Source: Pocillopora damicornis (taxonomy: Eukaryota). From it: a stretch of 64,000 nt of DNA. The DNA lies in the NCBI RefSeq assembly GCF_003704095.1, contig NW_020845317.1, positions 124,001 to 188,000 on the forward strand. Reading direction: 5' to 3'. Positions 10,220 to 21,548 of this stretch are shown here, one piece after another. The notes beneath the pieces were generated by a model, which had not been told where the DNA came from, did no database searches, and worked only from the letters and a program-made list of their open reading frames with translations. The number at the start of each line of letters is the position of its first letter. The stretch's first letter is position 1. The translations under genes were made by a program, and so were the position numbers.

Positions 10220-11923
10220 ATGAACCAATTTAATTCAATGGGTTTTATGAGAAAATTTCTTGTGCAAGTTAGACTTGTAGGACTTTTCAAGAATTGCTGT
10301 TCATCATTGCCTTTTATACAAGCCAGGGGTTTAACAAAAAGTGTTCTTGCATCACCTGTTAAACCACAACAAAACTGGATCAGGTGTAAAAGGATAAGCC
10401 TTGGCTTACCATCAGTCCTATGCACTTTCAAGTCTGTTTCTGTGAAGACCCTGGCTAAGGATATTTCAGCCGTCAAGTCTGCCAGTGAATATCTTTACTT
10501 GTATGACAGATTTAAGGACTCACCTGCCATGACTCAAATGAATCGCATAACAATTCTGCATCATTTGGCCAAGGTGGCTGCCAGTGGACCAAAGAAAAAC
10601 TTCTTCTCTACAAGAAAAGTTCTAAATGATGAAATGGAAATTTTTATCACCTTGTTGAACAATATTGGAAATGATCTTGAGACATGCAAGACTCGTGATC
10701 TTGCGACTATTGTATGGTCATTAGGAAAACTAAGGGAGCATGATGCATGGTTTGTTACAGAATGCGAGAATGAAATACTTCGGCGAGATCAGACCTCATT
10801 TCGGACACCAGCAGTGTGTAAGATTCTTATTGGTTTTGCTTCACTTGACTTGAAAAGATCCAAGTTCTTCGGAATTGTTGAACAAAGAATTCTGGATGGG
10901 CAGCTTAAGATGGCGAAATTTGAAAATCGTGGACTGGCTGGTGTTCTGTGGTCTTTTACCAAAACTGGAAACGAGAGTAAAGAACTATTAGAAAAGTTCC
11001 AAGAAGAGATTTTGTTGAGAGGTGTGAGAGAATTTAGCAATGACCAGCTTGCTCAGTTTTTATGGTCATTCACCCAGAAAGGAATTGTACCATGTGATAA
11101 ACTGTTTTCAATTACAGAAGAGGAAATTTTGCAAAGACCAGTTAGAGATCTCAGTGCTCATTGCCTCAAGATGCTGTTATGGTCCTTTGCAAGAGCTGGA
11201 TTTGAAGGGAGAGAAGGGCATGATCTTTTTGCTAGTTTAAGTCCTGAAATAATACGGAGAGGTGTTCATGATTTTGATGCAGATGATCTCTCTATGTTAG
11301 CATGGGCATTTGCCAAAAGGTGCCCAGATGCCCTAGAGATCTTTGATGTCATAGAAGAAGAACTCTACTTAAGAGGTTTTGCAGAGTTTGGAAACCAAGA
11401 ATTGTCGTGTCTTTTATGGTCATTTGCAATGTCCGGTCATACAAGTACTGAGCTTTTTCTTAACAGCCAAAAGGTATTGATTTCAAGGGATTTAAGTATG
11501 CTAAAAGCTGAGCAGTTTACTCAGTTAGTTTGGGCATTTGGAAAATCAACACTTTTAAGATCAGAATTTTTAACAAAGGCAGTGAGTGACATGTTATCAC
11601 ATGCTACTGTTTACTCTGATGAGGAACTGTGTATGATATTAAATGGATGTGTTCAGGTATCAGTAGATATCCAAGAGCCTCTTAAGCAGTTGAAAAGAGA
11701 AGTTTTGGATAGAAACATGCCTCAAAATAAACCTGAGCTCATTCCTCAATTGGCCTCAGGTTTCTCTACATGTAGCTATGAAGCAGCATCAGTATTTGAT
11801 GCAATAGAGAAATCACTGCTCACTAATGGCCTTTCTATGTATACAGAGCAAGAACTGCAAGGTTTAAGTATAGCTTTTTCTATAATGGATAGAGAATTTC
11901 CCAAAGTAAAGCAAAAACTATAG
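10220..11923 (+). CDS. Octotricopeptide-repeat (OPR/HPR/FASTK-like) helical-repeat protein, predicted mitochondrial RNA-binding, 567 aa, single coding exon
   Basis: Uninterrupted ORF. Motif Fxxxx[L]xxxLW[SA]F[AT]xxG recurs with W at aa 166, 244, 282, 321, 362, 400 and 438 (degenerate unit at ~204); spacings are 38-41 aa. The first 80 aa have no D/E and are K/R/S-rich (presequence-like). Upstream acceptor ttctcttag at 10156; AATAAA at 12031. Confidence 0.85.
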   Translation: MNQFNSMGFMRKFLVQVRLVGLFKNCCSSLPFIQARGLTKSVLASPVKPQQNWIRCKRISLGLPSVLCTFKSVSVKTLAKDISAVKSASEYLYLYDRFKDSPAMTQMNRITILHHLAKVAASGPKKNFFSTRKVLNDEMEIFITLLNNIGNDLETCKTRDLATIVWSLGKLREHDAWFVTECENEILRRDQTSFRTPAVCKILIGFASLDLKRSKFFGIVEQRILDGQLKMAKFENRGLAGVLWSFTKTGNESKELLEKFQEEILLRGVREFSNDQLAQFLWSFTQKGIVPCDKLFSITEEEILQRPVRDLSAHCLKMLLWSFARAGFEGREGHDLFASLSPEIIRRGVHDFDADDLSMLAWAFAKRCPDALEIFDVIEEELYLRGFAEFGNQELSCLLWSFAMSGHTSTELFLNSQKVLISRDLSMLKAEQFTQLVWAFGKSTLLRSEFLTKAVSDMLSHATVYSDEELCMILNGCVQVSVDIQEPLKQLKREVLDRNMPQNKPELIPQLASGFSTCSYEAASVFDAIEKSLLTNGLSMYTEQELQGLSIAFSIMDREFPKVKQKL

Positions 11924-11960
11924 GAAGGGGGGGAAAGTTGATATAAAAAAATATATAAAA

Positions 11961-11999
11961 CAGCATTATCCATTAAAAAACAGCATTATCCATTAAAAA
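11961..11999 (+). repeat. 20-bp tandem duplication in 3' UTR
   Basis: cagcattatccattaaaaa x2; duplicates an ATTAAA. Confidence 0.9.
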
Positions 12000-12023
12000 G
12001 ATTAGTCTTGCATTGTTGTATTT

Positions 12024-12036
12024 TTTATTGAATAAA
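12024..12036. terminator. Back-to-back poly(A) signals (TTTATT-G-AATAAA) for the convergent OPR-like and GALM genes
   Basis: AATAAA on + at 12031-12036 and on - at 12024-12029, between the two stop codons. Confidence 0.5.
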
Positions 12037-12237
12037 AATTTTTTGTTTAACAGAACATTGTAGATGAGTATTTAATACGTCTGCATCTGAATTGTGTTTT
12101 TGCTACCCACAATAACTCTTTAGACACACTATGGACTTAGCACTTGTAAATACCTCAGTTTATCTAAGTATATTACCCTGATTTGGAAAAAAGCACTTGT
12201 GATTTTAAATTTTGACTTCCATTCTGCGCTACCACAA

Positions 12238-12383
12238 TAATAGGCCAATCAATTTCAAGCTTCAACACCCCCCCTTACCCTGGCAACCCATGGGTATTTG
12301 ACCCTCACCTGTGCCTGAAGGGTTGGGAATTTGACCTTGCCTGGAAGGAGGAGGGGTTTGGCTTCAAATTGACTGACCCTTAA
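12238..12383. mobile_element. Short TIR element in the GALM 3' region
   Basis: Imperfect TIRs taggccaatcaatttcaagc / gcttcaaattgactgaccctta. Confidence 0.5.
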
Positions 12384-12568
12384 TACATTGATGAATAACC
12401 AAGGACCTCTTGAAGAGAAAGAACACATTTATGAACTTCACCTCTTAGAGTTAAGGTCCATTCTAATTTGAACCTATCCCTTAGCTTCCTAAAGCTTTGG
12501 CCGATGAATTATTTCAATACCCTACTCTGGATATTACTAATGAATTGTTAATCTAATTATGACAGGGC

Positions 12569-12655
12569 TCATTGCTTGTCTTTGACATCAAATTTGTAGA
12601 TGGTTTTCTGTTTGTAAGTTTCCCCTGGCCGAAGAACTGGACTTGGGAAGTTAGT
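12569..12655 (-). CDS. GALM: GALM exon 8 (terminal)
   Basis: [28 protein letters not shown]. Confidence 0.95.
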   Translation of the reverse strand, partial: TNFPSPVLRPGETYKQKTIYKFDVKDKQ

Positions 12656-15600
12656 CTGTTGACCAAAAAATAAACATTCAAGCAAATGAAAACACATAAA
12701 TTGTTATATTACTGAAATAATACAACTGAAATATCCCTCCATTGCAGAAACACTTTTCATGGGGACTTTGTAGGCTTGAGGTTTGATGTTGGTTACAAAT
12801 TACTATTGGATACAAACAAACACAAAACTAACTTGGTTAACAGCGTCAGGGTAATTCTGCGCCTCTAGGCAGAAGGCACCAAACTTATGGTAAAGAACAC
12901 CTCCCTTGCCAGAGAATCCATCAAATCCATTGGCAGTGTAAAATTGAACTCCAGGCTGATCGGTGAACATTTTAAGAACACGCCCACTGCTTGGATGATA
13001 CACTCTGCAAGATCATTACCATGGACTTGATTATTGGTATACTCCATGGTAAATTTAAAAGGTTTATTAAAATTTGTATTGCTGTCTTTGTTATTCACTA
13101 TGTTCAGTTTCTGGTGATGTTTAACTCTCTCTTTGGAGGGAGCTCTCAAGCTGGTGAATTGCGGTGTTGCAGTCTTTGTAAAAAGGACTCCATAGCCATG
13201 CACAATCAGTGCTAACCTCAATTTACCCACAGTTCATGCTCTTTGTAGGGCTTTGTAATGTGCTCAGTTGTGTAACTAATTGGACATATCAATCATGTGT
13301 GGGTGTCCATGATATTGCAGTGTCTGAATGTGTTTAATTGTCAATTTCTCATGTACTGATGTTGTGTTTTGCGATATTTTTTTGCAATGTTGTGGATCTC
13401 AGAACTCCCCAAAGTTCCTATCAGCTTTCTGAGGCTTCAAATTGACAGAAGCTCTGTCTAAATACGATAATTTAAATTAACTTATTTGTAGATAAATTAA
13501 ATCTAATCTCCTTACTCAGCGCAGCATTCTTTTTTTCCTTTTAAACAATAGTTGTGATCATAGCCATCTATTTTATGAATGTCCTTTCCAATAGGTTTGG
13601 GCTTGGTGAAGTCAAAGGCATCATTTGGGCTTGACACAGAGCATTCCTCACCTAGAATATATAATAATCACTGTTAGTTAAAGAGCACAGATGTAACAGA
13701 AGGAAAAAGATATACAAATTGAAAGATAACAGGCCTCTGCACTACAGCCTAAGAAGGGCCATATCTTTACATGGAACTACACCATACATGTACACAAACT
13801 GAAAATTTTAGACTGTGTGTACCTGTGGGAATCTGCACATCATTTAGGGGCAGATAGTGCTTAGCATGGATCTGAGCTATGTGATCCAAAACATCATGGT
13901 TAACCTGACAAAGAACTTCAGACAATCAATAAAACAAGAATAATTTTACAATATCAAACAAATTTAACAAATTTGTGACTTAAGTATCATTTAAAAATGT
14001 TTGGTTGAGAAAATCTTGATTTTTCAACAAATTCTCCTTGTCAACACCATAGAAAATGTATACAGAACAGTGAGGAGAAAAAGCATACTAATGTTGGGGT
14101 ATGAAGAGTTAAAAAGCTTGTACCTGACCAGCTAAGTTAAAGTAGCCATGGCTGGTGAGATTGATGATGGTGGGAGCCTTGGTTGTCGCTTTGTAGTTGA
14201 GTTTGACTTCATTGTGATCAGTAAGTGTGAATGTGAGTCTTACTGTTACATCTCCAGGAAAATTTTCATCCCCATCTGGACTTTGGTGAACAAACTTCAC
14301 TTTGTTTTCTCCCTTTACTTCACTTTTCCAATTATACTGATGAAAACGAAAACAAAGACAACAATGACAGTCAGAGCAATTTTTAACTCACACAAACTAA
14401 AAGACTCTTGGGAGAAATACAGTTCTTTATCTATAAGCATCATCATATTTAGCACAAAGCAGACCTTGTTGAATCCAACCCATCCTCCATGTAGAGTATT
14501 TGGAGGATTATTGACGGCTAAATTGTATTCTTTGTTATCAAGGGTGAACTTTGCATTTGCAATCCTGTTTGCAACTCTTCCAACTGTAGCTCCGAGGTAA
14601 TGAGGGTTACTCAGATAGTCTGAATAAAAAAGGAAATATGAATGATCGCAATTAAAGTTTCACAAACAAAATGTCCATTGCCATGCACAATCAGCAACAC
14701 AATTGTTGACCACATTATGGCCCAAATGCAATTAATTCTAGAAAAGTACACCTAAGAAGTTCAATTTAAACTCCATGAATAACTATTGCCAAAGTTGCCA
14801 TAGGAAGCCAGTAGCTGATGGAAACCCCCCCCCCTCCCCCCCTCACCCCCTGCTATCAGAACATTTTATGCTAGGTTACTTTGTGAATTGTGATCAAAAT
14901 TAGGAAATAATATTTTTTATTCTAACATCAAATATATATGGCTTAAAGAGTTACTCAAAAGTGTCCCAGAGTGCTACATAACATGTCTCAGAGAGTTTCA
15001 AATTTCAAATTTTTCCAGGGGAACAAGCCCACATACCCACTAGAAGGGTGAGTTACACAGCCACATGCTATGCTTGCTTTTACTTACACGCATAATTCAA
15101 TTCAGCCACCTCCTCAGTTCAGCTCATGCATCTTTTACATTCTCTTGTGACAACCCTGTAAATTCTTACATAGACTTCTCAGTGATGGAGATTACAAAGA
15201 TTAGATATTACAAGCACTTACCCTCCAACTTATCATAGCCCATAATGACATCATCCATTTTTCCATTCCTGATTGAGTTAAAAAAAAAAAAAAAAAATTG
15301 TGAGCTAGGGGTTTAAAACCATATTTCTTTATAAATAAGTGCCTAGGCCCTTATCTAAAAATTTAGCTTAATTCGAAAGAGGGCTAGCAATTAATCATTA
15401 ATGTCACGAGAATTGAGGAAACAATCACAAACTCAAGAGGCTTTTGATTGTAAAACAAGTCTCCATGTCAGCACCTTAGGAAATGTTTATGGAACAGTAC
15501 GAAGAATATAAATACTGCTGTTTGGGTGTAAGGAGTTAAGCTAATTAGTTGATAATTACCTCCACTTTACTGAATAATAATTATATATAAAAGTAATGGT

Positions 15601-16036
15601 AAAAAAAGTGTTTGTAAGGTTAAGATAATGATAACGACAGTTGGTCGTACATTTGCGAAATGCTCGGCTGTCTGGTTGTACATTACAGGTAGTCGGATGC
15701 TGTGTCAAGCACCGGAAAACCTCGTAATAAAAGTCTGTCCATGAGTTGTGCAATGTGTACGAATAAAGTTTTATAGAATATTCCGTTTACTTTCTACCAC
15801 TCACCCTCGATCCTTGCCACTAAATCAAAAGGCAAACAAACTCAATATGCAATATATAACGTATCACGAAAATTTCAAGAACAAACCCAAGTTTACCTAT
15901 CAGGGCATCTTAATGCTACGAAAGTCGCTCCGAACGAGATCACTTCCAGTTCCAGTCCGTGTTTGTTTCTGATAGTGTATTTCCAAATATCCTCTCCTGA
16001 TTCTGTTTGGCCAAAAACCTCCCTAGAGACCACCAT
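12569..16036 (-). CDS. GALM: Aldose 1-epimerase / galactose mutarotase, complete, 8 exons, 343 aa
   Basis: Exons 15897-16036, 15222-15268, 14465-14619, 14124-14336, 13823-13904, 13516-13651, 12833-13004 and 12569-12655 sum to 1032 nt in frame; all GT-AG. Motifs: [25 protein letters not shown] (catalytic His), [26 protein letters not shown] (catalytic Glu). Confidence 0.97.
12833..13004 (-). CDS. GALM: GALM exon 7
   Basis: [26 protein letters not shown]...[14 protein letters not shown]. Confidence 0.95.
13516..13651 (-). CDS. GALM: GALM exon 6
   Basis: [45 protein letters not shown]. Confidence 0.93.
13823..13904 (-). CDS. GALM: GALM exon 5
   Basis: [28 protein letters not shown]. Confidence 0.93.
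14000..14112 (-). mobile_element. Partial family A MITE (GALM intron 4)
   Basis: caaattctccttgtcaacaccatagaaaatgtatacagaacag...gaagagttaa. Confidence 0.6.
14124..14336 (-). CDS. GALM: GALM exon 4
   Basis: YNWKSEV...[11 protein letters not shown]...[13 protein letters not shown]. Confidence 0.95.
14465..14619 (-). CDS. GALM: GALM exon 3
   Basis: [25 protein letters not shown]...[11 protein letters not shown]. Confidence 0.95.
15222..15268 (-). CDS. GALM: GALM exon 2
   Basis: [16 protein letters not shown]|gtaagt. Confidence 0.92.
15400..15539 (-). mobile_element. Partial family A MITE (GALM intron 1)
   Basis: gtcagcaccttaggaaatgtttatggaacagtacgaagaatata...gggtgtaaggagttaa. Confidence 0.6.
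15897..16036 (-). CDS. GALM: GALM exon 1
   Basis: caaaATG; [46 protein letters not shown]|gtaaac. Confidence 0.93.
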
Positions 16037-17271
16037 TTTGAAACTACGATTCTAACCCGGACTGCGACTCAAAGGAAAGGCTGCCACAGACACCAAAAAT
16101 ATTCGATACCGTCGAACTCAACGTCGGAACTGAATTGAAAATATTGATTCCAGCAGGAAGTACAGATGCTACTCGTGGCAGCCTTATGACCTGTAGGGAT
16201 GAGCCGGAAATAATGAATCGGGCAAGATTTCCTTACCGCTTTCCTTTCCATTCTTCATTAAATATGAATTCAGTTCTTCGATTGAAATGAACATTGATAA
16301 CCATTTCTACAAAGGCTAATCGGGCTACACGAAAATCTTTCCAATATTCATTACCTTCGATACCAAGGTTGCAGATCTGTAGAATTCAGAGTTAACGAGA
16401 AGTATCCCTCGCTACAGCACTCAGCCGCTCACTTCCGTTCCCGTGCGCGCTCGTGCCCTTTGTGGTTCCCTGAGCCTGCATTCTACTCATCATCACCTCG
16501 AGGCGAGGAAAGAGCAATCGTGTTGATTAAGCGATCGATTGTTGCTGTAGAATTAATTCAAAGTGGTGTGACCGCGAGTGCCCTAATATAGGATGGTTTA
16601 TACTATGATCAGTCTCTGTGGTAACCTTTGACTAAATTGCCCGTGTTTGATATAACGAAAGAGAATAAAACGACAAATAACAATCACAAGGCCATCGACA
16701 GAACGCCGTAACGACATAGAGCGAAGAGGCGCGCCATGCGAGGCGAAATTGCGCCTCGAAAAATTCTAAATGTCAAAAGACAACGGCGCTTCGGTCTCAG
16801 TGTATTTTCGATTTGCAAATTATACAAATGGGATCATTGTAGCTATCGCAGAGCGCTGTGAAATAACAGTTCACTCTCGGTGCCCGGGAATTCCTGGGAA
16901 CAATTTTTCTCTCCCATGAGTCAATGCGCGCGTGCTTTATCTTGAATTTTAGCGGGAAGTCATATCGGAAATCTTGAGTTGCCACGGAACTATGTGTTGG
17001 GTCTTCATGCAAGGGATCTTACGAGAAGGTGAAGTTTATATTTCAAATTTTAAAGTGTAATGTTACAAGTTTCATTTATCAGGGGCAGGGAATTGTCTCA
17101 AAATTGCCTATGTGTGTTTATTTCTAATTGCCATAAAATTCCAGCAGAAACGTTTAGGAAATGCTTCTTATCTCTGTCAATCGGTAAATTTATTCGCTCT
17201 TGTCTCTCGGGATTGTTACCTTGGACGTAAACAGCTGATAACTAATCTATCCAGACACTATTTACTTATTT

Positions 17272-17787
17272 AAGATACCATGTTGCTGTTGGCTCGTTCA
17301 GTAATGAATCACAGACAATTGTGTCACTGATGTTTTTACCACATTGTTGACGTCCTCTGTAATCTATTACTCAAGTATTACTGTACAGACCCACCACAAC
17401 ATAGAGTCTATTTATTTTAAAAAAGCAAAATGTTGTTTATGGTGACGTCACCTACATGCGTCTATCCTACAGGTAATACATAAGAACAGATCAAAATGCA
17501 TGTAGGATTAAAATAGCAGATTACCTGTAAGTCAAAATGCAATGAAAGCGCAAAAGTGACACACTAGGTGCAACCGAGTATGTCATTGATGTTCTTAATA
17601 CATTTTGACGCGTTTTCTGATCTAATACTGAACAGAAAAACGCTAACTAATAAACGCTAACTAACTAACGCTTTAATAACGTAGAATCTATTAGTTACAA
17701 TGGTTATAATATCTCTGTATCTGTTCACCACTACATCATAAGTAGGAACCAATCAAAATGCGGGCATGACTCAGTGTATTATATAAA
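17272..17787. repeat. Two degenerate tandem copies of an interspersed repeat
   Basis: tgtca(c/t)tgatgtt(t/c)tta..acatt..tgacg...t.atcta.tact...atcaaaatgc occurs twice. Confidence 0.5.
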
Positions 17788-18744
17788 TTATCATATCACC
17801 TAATATAATCACATAATATATACATACGTAGGGGGTATGTATGCCGAGCCTTCGAGTGTTGATAATAATGCTTTCGGTTAATGTACAATTTCACCAGGAA
17901 TTATTTTTTGGCTACAGGCAAAAAATTTTTGAAGTTAATAGCGATGAAAAGACTTGTTTCATGCATAGGAGTGGTCACTTTTCTCAACAGAGTTAATTAG
18001 CCAATTGAGTAATTTGGGGCTGCCATTGAAGGAGCTGTCTTATTTATATTCTGCTGTTGATTTAATTTCACAAGGCTTGGATGCCTCTATTGTGGCTGGT
18101 TTAACCTTTCCCTAAGATCTAACTAGTATTTCTCCCTACTGAGTGTCAAAGATTTCTAATTAAATAAGTCAGGAGAATTTTTCATATCAAGATAATGCCG
18201 TTGAGCTTTTAAGCATATCTGTTCTTATAAACTTTTTACAAGTAACATATTGGAATCACAGAGAATATTTGAATGGGTTACTACCATTTTGACAAGTATG
18301 GAACCTTGGTACGCGCGGGTTTCGCGCGCGCAGCGATTTCCACCATTAAGGATTAATCATAAATGCAGCAAGTATAGCAAGTGCGGCCAAACGTTTTCAT
18401 ACCCCAGCAGACGGAACCAAGTGACAAACGAGACAGACCAAGCGATCAGTGCGTAAAATATTGACTGTGCACACATAAAACGTCGATACGGGCAGGTATG
18501 ATAAAAGAATTCGAAGTGCCGCTACAATTATTATCATATTATTAGCAGCCTTGTTTCTTTTCTTTTTTTTTTTTTATTATTCGCCTGGTATCTTCGTTAG
18601 ATAACAGCTGCTGTGATTGTGGGTGGCGTCTGTGATTCTGGTCTTCAAAGAACACAGCTGTGTCAATGTAGGCAATGATAACTATGTGAAGGAGAAAGAC
18701 AGAGGTGTTTATAGTACTAGCAATCACCACCTTTAAGTTTTTAT

Positions 18745-18842
18745 TTTGATCTAACACCAAATTCTTGTAACTATTATACAAGAAAATGTGTAGTAGTTAG
18801 AGGGGAGAATTAGCAACTAGATCTTGGGAGTTCAAGGGTTAA
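18745..18842. mobile_element. MITE family B fragment
   Basis: gatctaacaccaaattcttgtaact...gttagaggggagaattagcaactagatcttgggagttcaagggttaa. Confidence 0.65.
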
Positions 18843-19252
18843 CAGCGCTCAATAGCAACCGCGCGTGAATATAACTGATGTGATTTCACTGTACCCCTCA
18901 AAAATGGCTCGAAACAGTTTTGTTGGAACAAATCCCACAACAATCCCAGCGATCGTAACCTTTACATATACCCCGAAAATCTGCTTAATATATTTGTAGA
19001 GATACCATACCATTATTGCAGGATAACTGGTGTGTTGTCGTCATAAAATAGTTGCAACGAAATGAACTGAAATTCTGCGAAAAGAAAAACTTTATTTTTA
19101 ACTATTTGCCATATGACTCTGAAAATGAGTTCAAATAACGAATTGTTGATGGAGACGTGACACCGTGTGTCCATGTGACACAAAATAAATTCAGAAGTTC
19201 CTTTTTAAACCCTGATTATAAAAGTTACGAGCACTGATCAATCACAACCATG

Positions 19253-20959
19253 TCAAGCAACAGAGGCCAAATGTTTCATGCAAATCTTGATCCTCAACAA
19301 CTTTGATCGTTGTTGTTCTTCATACCGTTCCTTTTTTGACTGGCTGTTCAGTCCAGTCCATTCCTTACTTTCGTCGGATGGAAAAGCGCGTGTCAAGAAC
19401 TGACCTATGGCGCTCTTGATAACCAACTCCGGCGTTTGACTCATCATACGAACGGGTTTGCGGCCGGGAAGTTCGTCCTCATTTTTGGCTGCGACTTTTG
19501 AGTACATCAAGAGGAATTCTCGAAACATGTTCACTTGAGCTAAGGTTTTGGCTTCGTCTCTCTTACGCACAATTTCGGGACATGACATCGCGGAGACTTT
19601 GCGCAAGATTTTTCGACTGGTTAAGTTTGGAACGTAACCCTTTGCGGTAGCTGGTCGAATGACTCTTGTCTCGTCCGTTTGCAAATCGACCTTGCGCCTT
19701 CTCAAAATTGGAGAGCTCAAGGTTCTCTGCGTCATTTGTGATACTGAACTTGTGCATGATCTTGCGGACGAAATACGCCTTGCAGATATTATTCCTTGCT
19801 CTTGGCGTGAGATTTTTCGAGAGCGTGTTCGATTTTGTCTTGAAGTTATTGGACCTTGGCATCTATCTACGCCCGAGGCAAACGTTGCTGCGTTCATTAC
19901 TCTCTCTTGATTTACGGAAACTTTACGAGGAGTCGCCGATTTCACACTTCGGATTTCGCTGTTGTCCCCGACCTCTGCAACACTTACGCTTTCAGGTACT
20001 TGTTCTTCTTCGTATTTGTCAGCTTTCTCTTCAAGCGACTCGCCTATTTTGGGTTCAACATTAACCATTTCGTATCCTGATTCAGACTTGACAAATCTAA
20101 CACTACTTTTTCTTCTTTTAATGATATTTTGTAGTGACTCTTTTAACTGTGGATCAGTAAATTGATTCAATACTTCCTTTTCATCGCACGAAATCTCTTC
20201 GGGAAGCATTTTTCGCTCGCCCACTCCACTATTTTCTGGATCTGAGCAAGTACTTAAAAATATCTCTTCATTGCAATTGGACATTTCGAATTCTATATTT
20301 GATCTACGCTCGCTGTCACTTTGTTCTCTTGAGCTTAAGTTTTCTGATACGTAAGCTTTCGACTGAGAATTCTTTCTGATAATCATGTCAGAATTATCCT
20401 TACAACTGTTATCAATTGAAATAAGCGGAGTGGAAGTGGTCGTGTATCGGCTATAAACACTCGGCTTATTTTTTTGTGGGCGATTCAGCGTTGTGTGTTT
20501 TTTAGTGTTTAATGGAGTCTCTCGCGGTTCCTCCCTACAGTACTTTTTGTCTCTGTCAATTCTCTTGCTTCCTACTCCAGATACAACACTCGACATTTTA
20601 CCCGCAGAACATCCAAGCCTTCCTGCATCTGGTTTCTTTGACGTTAATTGACTATTCCTGTCACCAGTCTTGTGGCCTTCGATTTTCAACTGGCTTTGCA
20701 AACTTTTGCGCATAAAATTCATTTCATGAATTACTCCACGAGGGTCCTTTTTCGCTCCTGATGAAAAGACGTTATGTGTGTTTCCAACCTGGTTTAATGC
20801 CTCCAAAATGGCTGCTTTCTTCGCGGTGTTTGCAATCATCTTTTCACGGGCTAAGTTTAATCTGCCCACAACATTTCCCAATGTAATATTTTCATCCTGC
20901 AATTTACACTTTGAAGTGTTGGCAGGCCTTGGCTTCGTTTCCTTACCGTGTGATGTCAT
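19253..20959 (-). CDS. Uncharacterised basic, largely disordered protein (568 aa) with CCDC190-like N-terminal helix
   Basis: 1.7-kb ATG-initiated ORF, K/R/S/E-rich, many R[RK]xS sites. Helix at aa 27-58 aligns with those of ORFs 23585 and 59881. Confidence 0.85.
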   Translation of the reverse strand: MTSHGKETKPRPANTSKCKLQDENITLGNVVGRLNLAREKMIANTAKKAAILEALNQVGNTHNVFSSGAKKDPRGVIHEMNFMRKSLQSQLKIEGHKTGDRNSQLTSKKPDAGRLGCSAGKMSSVVSGVGSKRIDRDKKYCREEPRETPLNTKKHTTLNRPQKNKPSVYSRYTTTSTPLISIDNSCKDNSDMIIRKNSQSKAYVSENLSSREQSDSERRSNIEFEMSNCNEEIFLSTCSDPENSGVGERKMLPEEISCDEKEVLNQFTDPQLKESLQNIIKRRKSSVRFVKSESGYEMVNVEPKIGESLEEKADKYEEEQVPESVSVAEVGDNSEIRSVKSATPRKVSVNQERVMNAATFASGVDRCQGPITSRQNRTRSRKISRQEQGIISARRISSARSCTSSVSQMTQRTLSSPILRRRKVDLQTDETRVIRPATAKGYVPNLTSRKILRKVSAMSCPEIVRKRDEAKTLAQVNMFREFLLMYSKVAAKNEDELPGRKPVRMMSQTPELVIKSAIGQFLTRAFPSDESKEWTGLNSQSKKERYEEQQRSKLLRIKICMKHLASVA

Positions 20960-21548
20960 GATTTCCAGGAATTGAAATGGTTGAAGAGATTCTTTCGTAA
21001 ACAGGACTGTTATTTGGAAATATTTATCATTGCCGTCTCGAGACTGAGTGTTAACTCTTTACTTTTCAAATTGTGTCAACCAACATTGATCTCAATCGAT
21101 AAGTTCAGGTGTTGTAATTGAATGGTTTTTCTTTGTTGTCAGCTTTTACGTCGGTTGCTATACGCTTTGGAAAGGCATAGCAACTAATCTACATCGGCGC
21201 TGCAATTATCAAAACGCTTCCTTTTCAAACCAACGTAAATTCCTGACTCGAAAAACCGGATCTTAATCAAAGCTGCACGATTTCCCAGTCGTTACGTCTA
21301 CGATAAATATTCAATGGCGAAGGAGTTGATGTAAAATTAGCTTCGCCCTTAAAGTGTTTCATCTAATTGAAGCTCATTTGCACTGTTTTTCTCTCGAACC
21401 GAAGATTAAGTCATTCAATTGTTCAGACATCGGACGGTTGTTTTCGTCTTTAATGCCTTTGTTATATATTTGCATTATTGGACAATGTGATTTTAGCATC
21501 GACGCCTTGAATGCTTTGTTTTCGCCCCAATTCTGGTTGAAAAGCTAT

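Noticed and set aside
14148-14600. 150-aa plus-strand ORF
   Set aside because: Antisense to GALM exons 3-4.
19563-20975. Many short overlapping ORFs within long ORFs (also 10213-11973, 28736-29134, 60187-60797)
   Set aside because: Antisense or alternate-frame shadows of real coding sequence.
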